64,000 nucleotides of DNA, from the IMG/VR virus record IMGVR_UViG_3300033075_001674, positions 1 to 64,000 of that record; one strand, 5' to 3'. Positions 11,401-21,600 of this stretch are shown piece by piece. The stretch is from a virus. Its lineage: Duplodnaviria; Caudoviricetes. A program made the position numbers and the translations under genes. Numbering within the stretch: position 1 is the first letter of the stretch; each line of letters begins with the position of its first letter. Below the pieces are notes generated by a model. It had not been told where the DNA came from. It ran no database searches and saw only the letters and a list, made by a program, of their open reading frames with translations.

Positions 11401-11571
11401 AGCGACCTCTTCGGGCTGGTCACCCCCGAGGTGGAGTCCGTGCTAGGGGCCAAGAAGACGAGCCAGATGCGGAGAGAGGCGGATGTGCGGGGGATCCGCC
11501 ACTCCGCCGTGATGGACTACCGCGAAGCGGTTCGCCAGGTCCTGCGCGGGAAAGGTAACTCCGGAGGTTGA
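8479..11571 (+). CDS. baseplate hub-like protein
   Basis: N-terminal RLFLEGIEVP...LLFAGEV.G...RSLVLQCLD hub-like beta-barrel pattern; later PG.PG and ..THQI motifs as in gp27/gpD-like hubs. Confidence 0.55.
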   Translation: MSEVGIGRPIIARLFLEGIEVPLLSAQVSVQKNSPAQCVLQMPPAELGTQLQPRTLVHLFFLDSLETAAGVIQYRGDSVKGRETRPSLYELSQQRNTENPLSKEEWEREERNRRYKLLFAGEVMGFAYSKSLTNRSLVLQCLDLSNYWDYAYQFNNTDLFGPGIKAILSGGSTNLFTDFLSSPGEIVTGLLKLPSANYPALKGVLGGMIRMIEAIGGCYQTETRFEGQNTFFALAELRLRISQLLTAYPDDPTINRLLGAGGVDGIFGRALGNLGEQVSIRTVFNSIAQMLFLETFAVPTPLFVPGSNNNVRGRNPRQITSLPQFSYITVPASQLILLCDEMTQVVEGTPAGKDGKETLREKQLVLRRFTYVQQQLGKARNRAQQDKQLRSTQNKKVRTLLMQIVQQFAAAASKTQQRWTPGTKKGAQTKPITDALGRAKGLLNELLKLELDISDAKTRTPQRLNAAIVRPDVWFSSPPRCNVLFPHHIMNQSYQRNWMQEPTRLLLKTHNEFFGEDELFDKYFFAPRARTAKGKRHKGTLKELFDREILHHELFTGILPLFTKMGEFNILALRGQDEWKKKPKDRPTISLAQRTANFLYFQRRFAARSMSVSGVFTPWLAPGFPGLVFDRYVDPEDVEAYLKKAESQKVKTDKKKLLGNHFLGNFSQVTHQISWQSAQTDVELEYPRSYDEGVEYLGPSIKDDQVVVKRFGTDGIRNYTVAALEKPLVRGIGLFYGTIQQVEEVTEAVEGMVFSVYTGPRRIGDTSEDGSAIIGQVVDLANVSPTLAARLGNKSVTFRAFRIREAIPRYRREVVDLPAEEAVRPGWYADVWSPSQIGRAYQHFFQTGSITDATQVADPGSLSTKGDLTKDARDRLAEEANGKVVGDATSGAAPALLTLDQNSSIEQAVDFLLATWAYIQQGGLSVQKFTDAYTWRPIASIPDVFGTSDLELDERGITVTRGVEGIHSRAFGPYSDLFGLVTPEVESVLGAKKTSQMRREADVRGIRHSAVMDYREAVRQVLRGKGNSGG

Positions 11572-11701
11572 GATGCAGAGCAGATCGGGCAGGCCACCCC
11601 TCACGTTGAAGATGCTCTCCGAGAGCACGCACCTGCCGCGAAAAGGCGGGAGGCTAGTAGACCTCTCCCCTGGCTCGCTGAAGGTGGGCTATGCTTCCTC
11701 C

Positions 11702-12247
11702 ATGAACGCAACGTTCGAGGAAGTATTTCTCCAGTCCTTCGCCGGTGAGATGGCGAAGATCGCGGAGGCAACCGGGGACACGAACCCGTTCGCGGTGTTC
11801 GGAGGTGACCAGGCGGCCATGCTGGCCTTCTTCAAGGAGGCGGGGGTGATGGACGCCCTCCGTGGCTACGGAAGGAACATCGCTGCCTGGGGGCGTCGGG
11901 GGGCGGACGTAATCAGCGGTGGCGGTTACGCTCGCCAGATGAAGGAGCTCGGTTCTGCGAGCCCCATGTCCACCTCCGCGGCGGCCGGCAAGGTCGTGGG
12001 CGGACAGTCCGGACCGATGTCGGATCTCGCGGCGCGCCGCGCCAACGCCGCGGCTTCGCAGGCGAGCCTGAACCCCGCGGCCTGGGGCCTCCCTTCACAG
12101 GCACCCGCCCGACATGTCAGCCCTGAAGCGTTCGGCCTGACGTCCCAGGCTCGCAGATCGATTCCGGCCGCTGGCCCTGGCGGGGCTGCCCCGCTCTTCG
12201 GAGCTCCGGGGGCGATGCCGAGCCGCCGCCCCGTGTTCGCGATGTTA
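11702..12247 (+). CDS. K-x-A motif virion (internal) protein (ends at TTA 12245-12247; standard-code TAG at 12295)
   Basis: TATGCT-N6-ATG promoter; FAGEMAKIA and FFKEAG motifs. Confidence 0.6.
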
Positions 12248-12267
12248 CCTACCACCCTGGTGAGGCC

Positions 12268-13683
12268 ATGCCGTTCTTCCCGTTGCACGCCGTAGCGAAG
12301 GTCGGGGAGGATGTCTCCCAGGGGGCCTTCGTGGACACCCCTCCGGTGGCGTCTCGACTCGACACCCCGATCACGGGCACTGCTGGGCCGACCTCCGCCG
12401 GCGGACTGGCCCCTCCTACCCCCACCCCGGTAACCCGGGCCCGAGCCAAGGCTCCTTACCTGGCGAGCGAACACGCCGAGCACGTGACCGACCTGGGGGG
12501 TCTGGGCTTGATGGGTCTGTCCAGCCTGGACGAGCTGAGGGAGGGGGTCACCGGCAAGGCCGGTCTCTCTGCCAACCAGCGCGACCTCATGAACCTGGCG
12601 GGCCTCGGGGTCATGGCGGCCCCAAGCTACGCCGCGGCCAAGCACCTCCAGCAGCGCGGAGCCGATAGGAAGGGGCTTGCCGGCGGAGGGAGCAAGCTCA
12701 CCAACTACGTGAATCTAGCGGGCCTGGCCGCCCTCGGTCTGCCTGTGGTGGACCGCATCCAGGCCCGGGTACGTGGGAAGCCCGAGGAGGGTAGGTTCCT
12801 CACCGATCGGCAGAGCGCGCTGATGGAGCTCGCTGGGTATGGGGGCCTGGCATCCAACGTCCTGCGCGCCAAGATGACCACCCGCGCCAGCGATAAGCTG
12901 GAGCACCAAGGCCTCAACCGCCAGCTCGCCGGCTACGGACTGCTCGCTGCCCCGGAAGCGATCCACGCTATCCAGGGAGAGCACCCGGAACACCCGAACT
13001 ACGACGCCTACGGCAACCCCATCCCTCAGCGACCAGGGATTCTGCGCCCCATCACGGATCTCGTCGGCATGGCGATGCTGGGGCAGCCGGTGGCACAGCA
13101 TCTCCAGCACGCCACCAAGCACGCTTTCCTGCAGGGATACCTGGAGGAGATGAACAAGCTCGGGGAGGTGGACCCCGTGGAGTTCGAGCGGAGCGTGGCT
13201 CGACTGGAGAAGCTGGAGAACGACAAGCCCGACCCCAAGCAGCTCGGAAGATACGCCGCCATCGGCGCCACTCTGAGCCCCGTAGCCTCTGCCCTGGAGA
13301 AGGCGGTAGGCGGGGACCCCATCTTGCAGCGCTCTCCGTCGGGCAAGGTTCTCAAGCTCAAGAGCCTCCGCTCCCAGGTGGGGCGGAGCGTGGGGGGTGC
13401 CATCGGGGCCGGCCTCATCCCGGTGGTGCGCCACCATCTCGACCGTGCAGCCGAACGAGAGTCTCTACGAAGGCAGATCGCCGAGATCGAGATGGCCCCA
13501 AAGGCAGCGGAGGCTGCTTGGAGGTTCAAGCCCATCACCTTCGGGAGCCCGAAGCAGCAGCTCAGTAGGGCACAGCGCGTGGGCAAGACGGTCAACGACT
13601 CGGATGTGCCGGGCCCCAGCCCAGGCGCCCTCTCGAAGCCCAAGGGGTTCGGGAAGTACATCCCGGGCTCCAAGGGGGTCTGA
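12268..13683 (+). CDS. K-x-A motif protein with repeated hydrophobic glycine-zipper-like helices
   Basis: Repeated (D/N/E)L.GLG.(L/M) helices; KVG, KHA...EEMNKLG and KAA motifs. Confidence 0.65.
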   Translation: MPFFPLHAVAKVGEDVSQGAFVDTPPVASRLDTPITGTAGPTSAGGLAPPTPTPVTRARAKAPYLASEHAEHVTDLGGLGLMGLSSLDELREGVTGKAGLSANQRDLMNLAGLGVMAAPSYAAAKHLQQRGADRKGLAGGGSKLTNYVNLAGLAALGLPVVDRIQARVRGKPEEGRFLTDRQSALMELAGYGGLASNVLRAKMTTRASDKLEHQGLNRQLAGYGLLAAPEAIHAIQGEHPEHPNYDAYGNPIPQRPGILRPITDLVGMAMLGQPVAQHLQHATKHAFLQGYLEEMNKLGEVDPVEFERSVARLEKLENDKPDPKQLGRYAAIGATLSPVASALEKAVGGDPILQRSPSGKVLKLKSLRSQVGRSVGGAIGAGLIPVVRHHLDRAAERESLRRQIAEIEMAPKAAEAAWRFKPITFGSPKQQLSRAQRVGKTVNDSDVPGPSPGALSKPKGFGKYIPGSKGV

Positions 13684-13695
13684 TACCCTCGGGGG

Positions 13696-14037
13696 ATGCC
13701 CCACCAGAACCTGCACCTCCCGGAAGCCACCCAGAAGACCTCCCCGCTCATCCCCGCCGGTGAGCCTCGCGCCGCCCAGCCGAAGGTGGAGGTCCGCAAG
13801 CTCGATGCCAACGATGCTCTCGTCCGCAAGGGCAAGGAGCTCCTCAACAAGAAGGCCTCCTTCTCCGGCACCACGCTGGAGGGCATGGGGGATGAGAGCG
13901 AGCTGAAGGGGTTGCTGCCGGATCACTACGACGACGCCGCCAAGGACAACCGCGAGCTGCTGGACTCCGTGGGGGAGGGGACGCCGAAGGTGACGCGCAT
14001 GCTCACCATGCGCCAGCGCATCGAAGGCATCCTCTTA
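13696..14037 (+). CDS. K-x-A motif small protein (ends at TTA 14035-14037; fused to the sigma factor in the standard code)
   Basis: TGATACCCT-N6-ATG promoter. The TTA is followed by a separate promoter motif and SD for the next gene. Confidence 0.6.
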
Positions 14038-14085
14038 CCGGAAAATCCCCCAATAGGAGGGATAAGGGGGCGAAAGGAGGAACAC

Positions 14086-14862
14086 GTGATCGACGAAGAC
14101 CTCGATGCTCTGGAACAGGAACAAGAGAAGGAAGCGGCGGACACCGCAGCCCGGGACCGGGAGATGCACGCCCGCTGGGTAAGCAGCGGCCATGACCCGC
14201 AGCACCTCGAACCGCTGCTGCGCAGGTACGAGCCCTTCATCGCCAGGAAGACGATGCAGCTGAGCGGCGGCGCTCTCACCAACCAGAGTGCTGTCCGCCA
14301 GAACGTAACCAACAAGGTGCTCGACGCCTTCCGCACCTACGATCCCAACCGCGGCACGGCGCTCAACACGCACGTGCAAAACCTGGCGCAGGGAGCTCTG
14401 AGGAGCGTCATCAGCTCCCAGAACATGGCGCGGATCCCGGAGAAGGACGCGCTGCACATCGGGAAGATCGACAGGGCAAAGGCCCAGTACCAGGAGGACT
14501 ACGGGGAGCTCCCCACCCAGGAGCAGCTGGCGCAGCACATGGGGATCTCCCGGAAGTTCCTGGCGCAGGTGGAGAAGCGCCGGATCCGCGACATCAGCTC
14601 CGGGGGTAGCGAAGCCCCCCTGGCTCAACAAGGTGCAGATCGTGCCCGGGAGGTGCTGCCCCTCCTCCGCAACCGTCTGCGCAACACCATGCCGGGAAGC
14701 CTGGAGGAGAAGGTCTTCGTCTCGCTCTACGGAGAGGACGGGCTCTCCGGTGGAACCCCCAAGCGCACCGGGGTCCTGGCCAAGCAGTTCGGGGTCAAGG
14801 ACCACAACATCAGCCGCGCCAAGACCGAGCTCGAACGGATGTTGAAGGAACACGGGGTTTGA
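14086..14862 (+). CDS. RNA polymerase sigma factor, sigma70 family (FliA/WhiG-like)
   Basis: Region 2 DAFRTYDPNRGTALNTHV; region 3 GELPTQEQLAQHMGIS; C-terminal HTH. GTG start with AAGGAGG SD and a GGGATAAG motif upstream. Confidence 0.8.
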   Translation: MIDEDLDALEQEQEKEAADTAARDREMHARWVSSGHDPQHLEPLLRRYEPFIARKTMQLSGGALTNQSAVRQNVTNKVLDAFRTYDPNRGTALNTHVQNLAQGALRSVISSQNMARIPEKDALHIGKIDRAKAQYQEDYGELPTQEQLAQHMGISRKFLAQVEKRRIRDISSGGSEAPLAQQGADRAREVLPLLRNRLRNTMPGSLEEKVFVSLYGEDGLSGGTPKRTGVLAKQFGVKDHNISRAKTELERMLKEHGV

Positions 14863-15212
14863 GGCGGTACTTCCTGCACATCGAAGGTGTGGGGATCCCT
14901 GTGTACGACCCCGAGGACGGCAGCTCCAAGGCGGACCACTACGTCACCTACTCCCGGATCTGCACCACCTTCGACATCCACCCGAGGCGCCACAAGCACG
15001 AGCTACTGGAGCTGGGCATCGAGCTCCAGCAGCGCAGCATCCTTGGTGGCCAGGTGGCCGCCTGCCTTACCCTGAGCGACGCGCTCTTCTGGTTGACGAT
15101 CGTCCGGGTCAACCGGCGTAGGTCCGTTCAGCCCCTCCTGCGCTGGCAGGTAGGGGCCCGGATCCACCTGAAAGAGCTTCTTCGAGAGAAGATGCTCCAG
15201 GGCGAGTTTTGA
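14859..15212 (+). CDS. phage antirepressor N-terminal (P22 Ant-N-like) domain protein
   Basis: Pattern YV...IC..F.I...GGQ...CL.L.....WL..V..N....LLRWQ. Confidence 0.55.
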   Translation: MRRYFLHIEGVGIPVYDPEDGSSKADHYVTYSRICTTFDIHPRRHKHELLELGIELQQRSILGGQVAACLTLSDALFWLTIVRVNRRRSVQPLLRWQVGARIHLKELLREKMLQGEF

Positions 15213-15220
15213 CAGGGTAT

Positions 15221-15251
15221 GTCCCCCCCTCCGTGGGGGGGACGCTTAGCT
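15221..15251 (+). terminator. GC hairpin followed by TTAGCT
   Basis: GTCCCCCCC-TCCGT-GGGGGGGAC, a 9-bp stem just after the stop. Confidence 0.55.
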
Positions 15252-15271
15252 TTCCAACACACGCCTCTACG

Positions 15272-15304
15272 GCCCTCAGAATCGTTCTGAGGGCTTACTT
15301 TTTT
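15272..15304 (+). terminator. intrinsic terminator-like hairpin
   Basis: GCCCTCAGAA-TCG-TTCTGAGGGC followed by TTACTTTTTT. Confidence 0.6.
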
Positions 15305-15318
15305 GTACCAGGTGAAAG

Positions 15319-16065
15319 ATGACCCAGACAAACCCCCTCCCCGCCAACGCGGACTCCCTGACCTACGTTCTCTTCCACCTCGGGGTGCTGTTCGCCCAGG
15401 GGCGGCTGTCCCCGGAGGAGATCCGCACCGTGCTCGCCCCCATCGACGAGAAGCTGTCTCGCCCTGAGCTTCCCTCTCCCTCAGCGATGCCCGCGATGCT
15501 GAAGGAGAGCGTGGTGGAGGCCCCTCCCGCCACGGAGCAAGCACCCGCCCTCCCTGTGGCCGCCGAAGCCGAGGAGACCTCCCCCTACGCTGGCCCTCCG
15601 GATGCGCTCGTCCCCGTGCTGACGAAGCCAGAGGGATACAAGAGCGCGACCGCGCTCGTGGCTGACCTGGACGCGGACGGTAAGCTGACGAAGTTCTACC
15701 GGCTCAGCGGGTTCTCCAAGGGTGGGCGCCCTCAGCGAAGCAGGGACCGGCTCTCCCCGGGCACGCTCGGCCCCTTGGTGGGTCGCCTGGCTCGCCTGGC
15801 AGGCATCTACCCGATCCCCCACGACAAGTCGTCCTACCAGCCCGTCCTCGTTCCGCCGGGAATGACGGCGGTGGTATCGCTGGTGTCCGGAGAGAAGGTC
15901 GACGGGAAGGTCGTGCCCGCCACGAAGCGCTTGAACGTCGTCTACTCCCCGGCTTCCGTGGAGGTCCTGCGCGGGCGGATGCTGCAGCAGGCGAAGTACC
16001 TGCTGCAGAACCTCAAGACGCAGGGTAGGCTGAGCCAGTGGCTGCAGGAGTATCAGAACAGCTGA
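15319..16065 (+). CDS. hypothetical protein
   Basis: 248-aa ORF with GC3-rich codon pattern. Confidence 0.6.
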   Translation: MTQTNPLPANADSLTYVLFHLGVLFAQGRLSPEEIRTVLAPIDEKLSRPELPSPSAMPAMLKESVVEAPPATEQAPALPVAAEAEETSPYAGPPDALVPVLTKPEGYKSATALVADLDADGKLTKFYRLSGFSKGGRPQRSRDRLSPGTLGPLVGRLARLAGIYPIPHDKSSYQPVLVPPGMTAVVSLVSGEKVDGKVVPATKRLNVVYSPASVEVLRGRMLQQAKYLLQNLKTQGRLSQWLQEYQNS

Positions 16066-16220
16066 CTGCGATCGTCGAAACCCTCGAAGCACAGGAGGAA
16101 GAGGACCGTCAGGCGTTGACGCACCTCCTGCGGGTGCGCCAGCGTGACACTCTCTCCGAGAAATCCTTGCTGCGAAGCAAGGCTTCCGTGGAGGAGGACC
16201 TTCTCCGCCTGTCTTCTTTA
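16038..16220 (+). CDS. small helical protein (ends at TTA 16218-16220; standard code runs to 16973)
   Basis: 60 coding-like codons then TTA. The remainder overlaps gene 16261 out of frame and reads as junk. Confidence 0.55.
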
Positions 16221-16260
16221 GCTAGTTGGTCTCTTCGCCTGGTCCGGGTACGCTGTGCCC

Positions 16261-17184
16261 ATGTCACCGGCGCTGGTTGTCTATCTGGATGTCCCGCTAG
16301 AGGGCCGAGGGAGCTACACGTATCTGCTCGTATCCCGCACGGATGCGCGCGGCACGATGCGCATCGGCGAGGAGGCGGCGCTTCCTGCTCAGACGGAGCT
16401 CCCCTCCGGGAAGGCCCTGTCGGCGAAGGGCCGGAAGTACCCCGTGCAGGGCCTGGAGCTGACCTTCATGCTGAACGCCACGGCGAGGTCGGTCACCTTC
16501 TCGGGGTCCGACCCCCTCACGGGGACAGAGGTGGCGAGCCAGGTGGAGGCAGCTGTTCCGGACATCGAGGTGGTAGACGGCGAAAGCACGCTCTGCTTCC
16601 GGTCCAGAATCAAGGGAGTGTCGGCATCGCTCTACTTCGACGCCACGGACGCCGCATCGTTTCTGGAGATCCCCACGGAGGAGGTGTTCTGGGGGAGGGA
16701 CCCGCTCCCTCGCCTGGTGGCCGGCGTGGAGCGGTACTCGGTCCTGGACCCCGACGGGCTCTCCAGCAGCCGCTACAGCTACCAGCTCACCGACGGGCAT
16801 CTAACCTCTCCTGCGTCGGTGAGCTTCCGGGCCGTCCTCCCCGGAGCAGCGGTGTCGCTGATGCGCTTCCGCTTGCAGCGCAACGACGGCGGAGTGGCTT
16901 CTGGCCAGAGGGTGACCCTGTTCCTGTCCCCCTTCTACGGGGATGGTGGGTTCTCGCCGGACTCTACGCATGACCTGACCTCGGATGCGGACGGGTACGT
17001 CGAGTTCAGGGTGCGTAGGGGAGTGACCGGAGAGATCACCCTCCCGGGAACGCAGGCGGTCCACAAGTTCCTCACGCCTTCCGTCGATATCTTCGACCCC
17101 TTCGACCCGGCGTACGCAGTGGAGAACGACGCCTTCCGCGTACGCGAGCCCGACTGGGGGGATACCGTCAAGGAGGACCTCTGA
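16261..17184 (+). CDS. putative virion structural protein
   Basis: TACGCT-N6-ATG promoter; beta-rich, with a C-terminal T.DADG.VEF motif. Confidence 0.6.
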   Translation: MSPALVVYLDVPLEGRGSYTYLLVSRTDARGTMRIGEEAALPAQTELPSGKALSAKGRKYPVQGLELTFMLNATARSVTFSGSDPLTGTEVASQVEAAVPDIEVVDGESTLCFRSRIKGVSASLYFDATDAASFLEIPTEEVFWGRDPLPRLVAGVERYSVLDPDGLSSSRYSYQLTDGHLTSPASVSFRAVLPGAAVSLMRFRLQRNDGGVASGQRVTLFLSPFYGDGGFSPDSTHDLTSDADGYVEFRVRRGVTGEITLPGTQAVHKFLTPSVDIFDPFDPAYAVENDAFRVREPDWGDTVKEDL

Positions 17185-17387
17185 TGGTCATCGTGCAGTA
17201 CCAGCGCCCTAGCGACGGTACCTGGTGGGCCGTGAAGTTCGAGCACCGCCCTACCAGGAGCCACCGCTACTACTTGCAGGCTGCGGGGCTGTCCTTGTTC
17301 AAGTACGAGCTCCGGGTCAACGGAAAGCTCGCTCGCCACTTCTCCGCCACCCGTGACGGCGACACGCTTTCCTACAGGAGAATCTGA
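17184..17387 (+). CDS. hypothetical protein
   Basis: TGATG coupling at both ends. Confidence 0.6.
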   Translation: MVIVQYQRPSDGTWWAVKFEHRPTRSHRYYLQAAGLSLFKYELRVNGKLARHFSATRDGDTLSYRRI

Positions 17388-18301
17388 TGCACATCGCGGT
17401 CAACCTGCGCTTCGTGAACAAGTCCACCCAGGCTGCCGTGGAGGGCGTTCTCGTGAAGATCCTGTCTCTGGATCTCTCCACGGTCTATCTGGAGGCGCTC
17501 ACCGACGGGTCCGGCCTGGTGTACCCCCTCCTCCCAGAGGAGGAGACCTACGAGGTGCGGCTCTTCCACCCCGAGGTCCGGTACCCCAACAGGCACAGGC
17601 TCACCACGCAGAGCTCCTCGGAAGGGGAGTCGCAAGCCTTGAAACTGGAGGTGGAGATCCGGAGCGTCGAGGACTCGGCGGACCCCCGGCTCTGCAGGGT
17701 GTGGGAGCGCTTCCTGGGCAGCCCCTTCCCCGGAGGGTTCGTCCACGTGAACATGGCCGACGCCGCCATCGTATCCCCGGAGGGTGTCCGGGTGCCCACC
17801 CCGATCGCCGGGAAGATCGACAAAGGGCTCTTCCAGGTCGAGGTCCCCTCGGGGTCCAAGGTGCAGTTCGGTCTGCCTGGCTCCGAGGGGCAAGTCGAGG
17901 TCGAGATCCCGGATGTCCGGTCGATCCGCCTCACCGATCTGATCTTCCCCTACATCACAGCCGCCACCTACGGGGACATCCCCGGGGAAACCCTGACGGT
18001 GGCGGCCGGAGAGACCGAGGACGTCGAGCTCACCTTCGAGTTCAGCGACGCCTCCACTAAGTCCCCTCACATCCTTTCGGGGCAGTGGAAGGTCACTCTC
18101 GACGGGGAGGCGAGTGAGGGCCTCGTGGTGATGACCACGGGGGAGAACAAGATCCAGCTGCAGGGGGCCACCCCCGGCATCTACTCGGTCGAGTTCGTGC
18201 CCGTCATGAACGACTCCTACTTCCCGGTATCGCTGGCGGTGAAGAGGAACCCTGCGGCACCGACCCCGGAAAACCTTCCTCTGACGGTAGAGGTCACGTG
18301 A
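17387..18301 (+). CDS. putative virion protein with carboxypeptidase-regulatory/Ig-like domains
   Basis: AVEGVLVKI...ALTDGSG...LP...YEV prealbumin-like pattern; acidic and beta-rich. Confidence 0.6.
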   Translation: MHIAVNLRFVNKSTQAAVEGVLVKILSLDLSTVYLEALTDGSGLVYPLLPEEETYEVRLFHPEVRYPNRHRLTTQSSSEGESQALKLEVEIRSVEDSADPRLCRVWERFLGSPFPGGFVHVNMADAAIVSPEGVRVPTPIAGKIDKGLFQVEVPSGSKVQFGLPGSEGQVEVEIPDVRSIRLTDLIFPYITAATYGDIPGETLTVAAGETEDVELTFEFSDASTKSPHILSGQWKVTLDGEASEGLVVMTTGENKIQLQGATPGIYSVEFVPVMNDSYFPVSLAVKRNPAAPTPENLPLTVEVT

Positions 18302-18612
18302 GACAGATCCAGCCCGCCGACACGGACCCGCGAATGGTGAGGAGGCTGCTGCTTCGCATCGTGTACAGGAGCGTCTACGACTGGATGCTCTACCGATGCA
18401 GCAAGCAGGCGCCCAAGCGCCGTCTCGCTGCGGCTGGATACCGCTGGCTCTTCCTGGAGAAGGACACCTCGTGGATCTTCTCCTTCGGGGGGATCTGCGA
18501 CTTCTTCGGCAAGAGCGAGGAGGAAGTGCGCGTCTGGCTGGTGATGCAGGACCTGCGCACCATCTCTGCGCTCTACCGCGGCAAGCCCACTACGTTCTGG
18601 GGAGAAGAATGA
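18298..18612 (+). CDS. conserved-type phage hypothetical protein
   Basis: LL..IV.R.V.D...A.RWLF...SF..IC pattern; coupled to its neighbours. Confidence 0.6.
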   Translation: MRQIQPADTDPRMVRRLLLRIVYRSVYDWMLYRCSKQAPKRRLAAAGYRWLFLEKDTSWIFSFGGICDFFGKSEEEVRVWLVMQDLRTISALYRGKPTTFWGEE

Positions 18613-21600
18613 CTACTGTCGACGAGGAGCTCCGCAGGATCCTTGCCCCCCCGGGAGGCAGGAGCCTGAACTCCACGGGGGTCAGGGTGAACACGACTGG
18701 GACGGGCCCCCTGTTCCAGCTGTCGATGGCGTTCCACAACAACCCCGACCTGGTGTTCGAGGCGCTGTCACTGGGGTCTGCGGAGCTGGAGAGTGCCCTG
18801 TCCGACACGGTGAATGCGGTCGGGCAGATCCTGGAGTACATCACGACGCTGAGCGCAGCCTCTCCTGCGCCGGCAGACCCGGCTCTGCTGGATACCTTGC
18901 GGGTTCTCGCCGAGATGCTGGAGAGCACCAACCCGAAGGAGCTGGCCAGCTCCCCGGCGTATCAGCAGTGGCTGAGCAAGAGCGAGGAGGTGTTGAAAGG
19001 CGCGCTCGCCCCTCAGCTCCGTTCCGACAGCGTGGTGGTCCCGCCAGGGGAGGCAAGACGACTCGGGCTGCAGACCATGAGGCTGCTGACGGAGGCGCTG
19101 GCGGACCTGGAGAATCGTGCGGAGCTACTGGCGACCGCCTTCACCTCCTTCGAGCAGGCGCCCGTGAACGCTGCTCTGAAGGAGCACGTCCTGAAAGAGG
19201 TGCGCCGAGGAATCGCCATTCAGCAAGAGAAGCTGAAGAGCGTGGGGACGCTCAGCGGGGACGAGGCCAGCGTGCTGCTCGCCAGCAGGGCGGCCCTCCG
19301 TCAGGTGTCCTCCAGCACCTTGCCTGAGAAGGTGCTCTCCCTGGAGGGTACGATCTTGGCGGAGCCCGACAGCGAGCTGTACCCGGCAAACCCCCCCGAG
19401 GTAACTGCGTCGGCCGGGCCCTACTTCATACCCGACCCTGTCTACGTGACGGTCTCTCACGAAGGAGAGACCGAGGTGCTGCAGTTCGGTCCTACGGGTT
19501 ACCCCACGCTCTTCGCCACCACCAACGAGGAGTACACCTGGGGTTCCTCGGCGGTAGAGGGCTCCGCAGGCCCCTTTACCTTGGCCTCAACCTCCAGGCT
19601 GCAGCTGTTCTTCGAGACCGACGGAGGGGTTCGCCTGGACCTTTCCGTGGAGATCGCCGCTGGCAGCTACAGCGTGGCGGAGATGTCCACCGCGTTGAAC
19701 GACGCCTGGGCCGCTCTTGGGGTGACGGAGTGGGTGGAGGCCTCGGAGAGCGCTGGGGTGCTGGTCACCCCCACCTCTGGAAGTATGGCGTTCGGGACGG
19801 GCCCTCTGAACACGACCTTGGGGCTCGACGGGACCGGTGGAATCCTGATCCCGGGGGTCGGGCCGGGGACGCTGCTGAGCTCGGCGGAGCCCTTCGACCT
19901 CTCGTCGAACCCCACCCTGATGTTCATCGCGACCCGCAGCGGCCTTTCTGTGGTGGTCGAGGTAGACCTCTCCGGGCTGGGAGGGAGCGCGTCGGCGGCG
20001 CAGGTAAGAGACGCGATCAACCCCAGGCTGGTCACCCTCGGGGTAGACGCGGGGTTCGAGGCCTTTGTCAGCTCCGGAAAGCTGGACCTCAAGGCGGCTA
20101 CGACTTCGGACATCCTCACCCTCCTCCCCTGTGGGGCGCTATCCCCCCTGGGTCTGGAGGAGGGGACCGTGATCCAGGGGACTCCGGAGGCTCGCACGCT
20201 GGTGCTCAACGCGAGCTACGTGGCCTCCACAGCGGTGGACGAGGGGACCTACAGCGCGGAGAGCCTCGCGGACCTTCTGCAGGATGGGCTGGGCTCCGAC
20301 TTCAGGGTCCTGGCGGTAGGGGTTCCAGGGTCTCGCTCCATCACCGTCGCGTACGTGGCCAGCGACTGGCAGACAACCTCCCTGAGCTCATCTTCAACGG
20401 GCATGGGCGCCTACCTGGGGATGTCCACGTACGCCACCACGGCCACCGACACCGGGGCAGGGGCCCTTGCCGCCTCCTTGCAGCGCCAGAGCCGCCTCAC
20501 GTTCAGCACCCCGGTTCAGGTGGACCCCTTGGAGGGAGTGGCAGAGGCGGTTCTCTCCAGGGCGACCTTCCGGTTCTTCCAGCACCAGGGGGTGGCGGAC
20601 CTGACTACCGAGGGAGCTAACCAGCTCACCCTCACCCGTTCCTCGGCCTGGGAGTCCAGCGTCGGGGACTACCTGGTCCTGCTGAGCGGGTCAGACTCCG
20701 ACAGCGTGTGGGAGATCACTGAGGTAGACGGGGTAACGCTGCGGGCAGCGGGGGATATCACTCCCGCCGCTACAGGTTCGGTGCGGTGGGGTGCTGGACC
20801 GAACCTCGGGGATCGGACCGGTCACCAGCTGCGCGTCCTGGAAGGCCCTCTCACGGGTACCTACCGGGTGGCCTCCACCCGAACCCCCCTCGAAGTCGAG
20901 CTGGAGACAGGCCCTACCCAGGCAGGGCAGGGCTCGGCGGAGCTGGGGGAGGTGTCGCTTCGCATCACCGGGGTTGGGACCTCTGACCTCCTCCTCACCG
21001 GCGACGACAAGCTGAGTTTCCTGCCCAACACGATCATCTCTCCCGACCTCTACCTCCTGAAGAAGTCGACCACGAGCTGGCTCCGGATCTCCTCGCCCCT
21101 GGATGTGGCGGTAGGGGATTATCTGGAGTGGAGGTCCTATGGGACTGTCCTGGAGAGCTACCGGGTGCTTGAGGTGGCCGAGGCAGGGGCGGTGATCCGG
21201 GTGGACCTCTCGGTTACGCCCACCTTCGACAAGACCTACTCCACGCAGGATATTTACAACTCCAGCTACAGGATCGTCTCCACGCGATACGCACGCATGC
21301 TCCAGGGGCAGGAGGAGCTGCGGAGCTGGAGAGATGGCTCATCCGCAAGGACTGCCCTCCTCACGTCGGCCAAGTCCTCGGTGTTGCAGGCTCTGCAGCG
21401 TCGCAGCCCTACGCCGGGGATGGTGGCGAGAGCGAGCCAGGACCTTGCGGCCCTCGTGGAGGCGTACCAGGCATCTCTTACCGGCACCTCCACACTGCGG
21501 GGTACCCCCGTGGGTGACCGGATGGATCACCTGCTGGACATGCTCGATGAGTCGGGTTCGGCCACGCACGAGCGCGCTCTGCGCAGGTGCGACCTCTCTC

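Noticed and set aside
11572-11690. Structured intergenic RNA, or N-terminal extension of ORF 11573
   Set aside because: Only short GC hairpins expected by chance; the leaderless promoter points to ATG 11702 as the start.
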